The notes under the pieces: model-generated
Seen by the model: the letters and a program-made list of their open reading frames with translations, nothing else
What the model was told of the DNA's origin: nothing
Database searches by the model: none
NCBI GenBank assembly: GCA_013115145.1
Contig: JAAPAO010000075.1
Span: 1 to 64,000 of the forward strand
Length of the DNA: 64,000 bases
Source of the DNA: Perkinsus chesapeaki ATCC PRA-425
Taxonomy: Eukaryota; Protista; Perkinsozoa
Reading direction: 5' to 3'
Program-made: the position numbers and the translations under genes
Shown here: positions 59,373-64,000 of the stretch, piece after piece
Layout of the letters: each line of letters begins with the position of its first letter
How positions within the stretch are numbered: position 1 is the stretch's first letter

Positions 59373-62300
59373 CCATCATTTTCTTCCGTTCCTTTTCCCG
59401 ATGCTTCCGTAGTATCCTACTCCTCTCATCATCATCCTCCGACTCATCCGTATTGCCACGCGGCCAACGAAGACCTGATAAAATACCAAATATAGAAAGA
59501 GTCGATGTCTTCGTTCGCTGCGAAAACAACGGTGAAAGATCTCGGAGTAGCGGTGTGTGCTTGCCGACATCTGTGGAATCCGTGAAAATGAATTGTCGCA
59601 TATTCCCCCATAGTGTACTTAATACCGTCCGATTCCGTAACTGAGTTCCACGCCCCAACTAGTAACAAAAACGAACCTATACTTCTTCATACAGTTAACA
59701 AGCTCAAGGTGCCTCAGAGGTATACCCCTCGAATCGACACTTAAGGAGTTCCAAAGCTTCTATACGCCTGTACAACATGACAAGATATCCAACCGCTGGT
59801 GCTCGATCATAGTATATACATCAATCACGTTCGACCACCCAACCAGGCCAGACCCCCCTGCAGTTGCCCAAACTACATGTTGTAAGTCCGATGGCTGCTC
59901 TCAATGAAACATGACCTTTACGGACCTGCAATAGACCTCAAGTTCGAACCCCGGTGAAGGCACTTTACAATATATAAACATTCGCTTCTTTCTCCTTCGG
60001 TGTAGATAGCTTCACCCGGTTTAAACAGCTTGCAAACGACCGACCGGCTCAGCTTCATAATACGGCGGTTAGGCAGCGAACCTTAAAGCACAAAATCAGA
60101 GCTATCGGAGAAATACGTAGAGCTCAAAAACGGCATTCAGCCTCCTATGAGTATATTAGAAAGTGAACTCATTGTAGAGTCAACATGAAAACTAATCTTC
60201 TCTCTCTAGCATTCAAGATAACCTCCTTTAACTCTCTATTTCTCAACGTCAACGTTAAATGATATAGCCGTATGAAATATACTACTAGTATGATACCATT
60301 ATATCGGGACCTTCTCGGCTGGTAGGCTAGCTGGGCCGTTTATGGCTGATCAGCCCACAGCCATACTCCTGCCTGGTCGAAGGAGAAGTGCTGCATTTCA
60401 AAAATATATAGACATATATTTCTCATCACAACTCGGTTGTTCACGTTGTAGCGTATGCGTCCAGCATAGCCTAGAGCGTGTAAATGAAAGTACCTGTACC
60501 CCATCCCTTAGTACTGGCAATGTCAATTTTGCTGCCGATAATCCAATAATAAATCCTCTTGAGCATCCTCTCTCTTGTCTGATGCATAACTTCTCTATAA
60601 ACCAACGCATCCATTTCAACCTACTAAGAAAGCGGCTAACAAGCCCTCCTATATAGGACAAGATATAACCGAAGTTGGGTAGAAAGCCAATGCCAGCCGC
60701 AGCAGCAGCCTAGTGAGGCCCCTCTTCACAGCACACTCCATAATTTAATATAAATTAAAAGTTTTCCGTTCGTCGTCCTGTACTACGAGCTACGCTACAG
60801 TGTGAGAGTAACTGTTGAATGAACCAGACAAGTGAGTCTAAAAAGCTCCTCCCCGCATGACAATAATAAATAAATTGTAATCTAATTTAAAGTCGAAGAG
60901 GTTCGCCTAGGATGGCCTACAACATTACCACTCTCGATGACTTAGTGACCACCGCTTCCGCCTTCCTAGTACGATCACCAGATTCCAGAGCCAGCTCTCC
61001 AAATAACATCCCTGGTGACACCGAATCAACCTAATATGAATCTTTTCCATACGACCATCAACTTTCACTACTTTCAGCCCGCCGGCCAATATGGTGACTT
61101 GTCCAGACATCAAAAGGTATCTTGAAACCACGATCAAACGAAAGTACGGTATGAGCTATCTCTCACACTAGGGACGCCGTTTCCCCTCTCTGAAAGAGCT
61201 TATATCCTTTTGGATAAAGCCTAATATGAGAATGCTTCATTAACGTCCGCAGGCCTGCTTCATCTAAGCCATTCAACTCATCGTTGTTGCGCATTGCTCG
61301 AGATAATACAATCTAAGCAACAACTGAGGGTCCAGATAGATCCATACTAGACAGGATACTAAAATACACCCGGAAGATGCAAGACCCAAAAGGGGGGGCA
61401 CTGCAAGACGCAATAAAGAAGAGCTAAACGTATTACAAAACCGCAACGATTCAGTTACACAAATGAAACGAATGGTTACCCTTGCCCTCGAACGGAGCGT
61501 AACTCGATGAACCAGGCCGAGGTGATGGATTAAAGCCCTCTGATAGGGCGGCCTCCCAAACGCACCCCAACGTATTTCCGCGTTTAATGGTTCACTGCTT
61601 ATCTATTTCGATTACCTCCTTTGAAAAGTCCGTGCTGAGTTGGGTTAGGTCCAAAACGCTCTTACAGAACCTTGGAAAACACAGCCTAAAGGGGAGCATT
61701 GTTCAAAATAGAACTGCCACTTCCACTACTTGAAGTCGCGCCGTTCGGCAAGCCATTCGGGGATGATATCGTCATTTGCAGTGAAGAACTTCTTACCGCC
61801 GAAGAAGTCAATGGTTGTATCGGAGTAGTCCTGAGAAGAAATTTACAGCTAGAGGTGTCAGAAAATATCACCTCAGGTTTCATTCTATTAGAAGAGAAGA
61901 GCCGCTGATACATCCGGCCAGTACTGAAAGATACTCCTACTTTGGAACCTATAAAGATCCAGTATAATATAGAGGGATGAGCTGGCCTTGTGTTACCGCC
62001 GATTCTGGTCCTTCTATTGGTATGAATAAAATGATTCGTCTTATTTTCGATTAAACATTCGGATGCTGAATTCTTCATTGCATTAGAGATATCTTGCGCT
62101 GAGTCCAAGTCGAACAGCGCATCTTCGTTTGTCGCTCGCCAGAAAATCTACACAACTCGTGCGGCGCGTCGCGTTTCCACGAAACCGGTTTCGGAAATCA
62201 AAACCAGTTTAATGAACGAGCCGTGGGAAAGCAAACTACAAGTCGCTGTATTGAACACGGGGTTACGCTTTTTGTATCTATTTCATTGTCATTGGTACCT

Positions 62301-64000
62301 AATCTGTACCATTATTATCATTTGTATATCCTGTATCATGACTATTCCTCTTCGGATCTGAAAGACATATAAGTGGTTGGTCGTAATGGCCCAACAATTC
62401 TAAAGTAGTCGACATTTAAATTATAGCAAGGATTAATCCTTGCTATAATTTAATTGCATCGATACTATCTCATACTATGAGATAGTATCAATGCAACCCA
62501 ACAATGACTAATAGTTCTCATCACGATATAACCGTCATGGTGTAGTATCCCCTTTAACAGCCGTTTCATTTTTGGAGGACTTGGTATAGTTCAATAGAGC
62601 TAATTGAACGATTGGTCGGTGATCGAGAGTTAGTGAGATAGTATTGCTGTAGACAACTGTGCTCAAGGTTCTTTCGTTGGATTTCCTGCTTGATCGTTGA
62701 TTCGGCTCTGATCTACCTTTCTGGGATGAGAAGTACTCCGATGACGACTCAGGCCACTTGAAGTTTTTTACGGTGCGCCATTTCGGAACATGACAAGATA
62801 TACTGAAGCCTTCAGAAGGTGCTGCATAGTAGACTTTTTGCGGCGTAAGATGTCTGCAACATGGTCTTGAAGCTCAAGCTGGTTCGTTATGTACCAGGTT
62901 TGTGACCCCTCGGCAGAATCACATTTGTTGCTTGAGTGTTACTCTGTACACGTTCCCGTCTGGACTCCTCAATTTCCTATCCCCATGTTAGGTATACTCG
63001 TATTCGTGACGCTGGTTAGTCACTTGTGTGAAGTATAATGCCGTTATCAGGCTGATAGGACTCCCTGTCATCGGAAAATGCAGTTGTGTCTAGCTGGAAA
63101 TTGCTATCCAAGATATGAGATTTGGGAATCACATTTCGTCTCAGTCTATCTGATTTTATTGTACACGCAATCCTGATGTCGTGGAACGCACAATCTTGGT
63201 GCGCCCCCAGGAAACATGGAAGATGATGAGCTGATCAAGATGGTCGAAGATGATTCTGTGTTGTAGCCAAAGCTAGGCTTAAGTCATTATATTATTATTC
63301 TTCGAGATATCAGTACTGGAGATTGCATCTTCTTCATCTCCAGTACTGTGTTGATATTACTTAGATAATAATTCCACAGTTCATTATTTCATTCCGGCGG
63401 TCGATGACATATATAACCTCATCAGGTGATTCATTCAAGAGTTAAACTATCATACAGTAGTTCGGGTAGCCCACAACCCAGTCTATTGCTGTGCTGATCT
63501 TGTATTGGTTGTTTTCGGCTCAGTAATTTACTGTAGCTTAATAATAGTAAACTACAAAAGCAAGTGAGGGTCATTACCTAGCACTTTGCAAATTGCGGTA
63601 TGACACGCCAGTAGCAAAGGCGTGCCGATTGTATGGGAATTTGACAGAGGTCCTGACTTTCATCAAAAGAAGTCCGTATGGATAATGATCATTTTGAGGT
63701 ACCGACCTATGATCCCATGATCACGGTCATCGTCTTTACCACATCCTTGAACAAACGACCTATTTGATGCATTACATTAGCGGACTTTTAGTAACGCGGC
63801 TCGCAGAAGGTATAATAGAGCATTGGTCCGGCCAACGACTACGAGAAGTACGCCCTTCAATCGCGGCCCTTACCCTGCTATATGCAATACGAAGCAAAGG
63901 CTGTGGGAGTTCCACAGCGGATTCCAGTATGTAACCCGATGATGCGGCTCATTCGGTGGGCTCGAAACTCGCAGACCGTGAGTCGGTGTGAGGACGATGA

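Noticed and set aside
60342-64000. Short exon-like ORFs on both strands near the window end
   Set aside because: Probably intron-rich genes, but no recognisable motif and no defensible boundaries.

Overview
Eukaryotic protist DNA, most likely a Perkinsus-like alveolate. This is an inference from EFL in place of EF-1alpha, an apicomplexan-type ankyrin+bromodomain protein, many short introns, and pyrimidine-AG acceptors just upstream of start codons. Housekeeping genes: TRM5, an intronless alpha-tubulin/beta-tubulin tandem pair, EFL followed by three box C/D snoRNAs, an SFI1-like repeat protein, an ankyrin-bromodomain protein, an FtsJ-type cap 2'-O-methyltransferase and tRNA-Thr(AGT). Secreted-protein genes: an S28 serine peptidase, a cathepsin L-like protease, an HSP20-like protein and four paralogues of an uncharacterised family that looks like a glycoside-hydrolase TIM barrel. 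The standout feature is an intact, apparently very recent 5.0-kb LTR retrotransposon (37728-42761) with identical 188-bp LTRs and an ATAC target-site duplication. Its single ORF joins a Bel/Pao-type RT-RNaseH to Ty3/gypsy-like Gag and integrase, has two CCCH fingers instead of a CCHC knuckle, ends in a CW-type zinc finger (putative histone reader), starts and stops inside the LTRs, and lacks a recognisable PBS or PPT. The window also holds two MITE-like elements, many perfect inverted repeats with 0-1 nt spacers concentrated in two 2-3 kb blocks, and one assembly gap. All calls were made by eye from sequence motifs; no database searches were run. Several ORF-track starts are TTG/GTG and were corrected to the first ATG.
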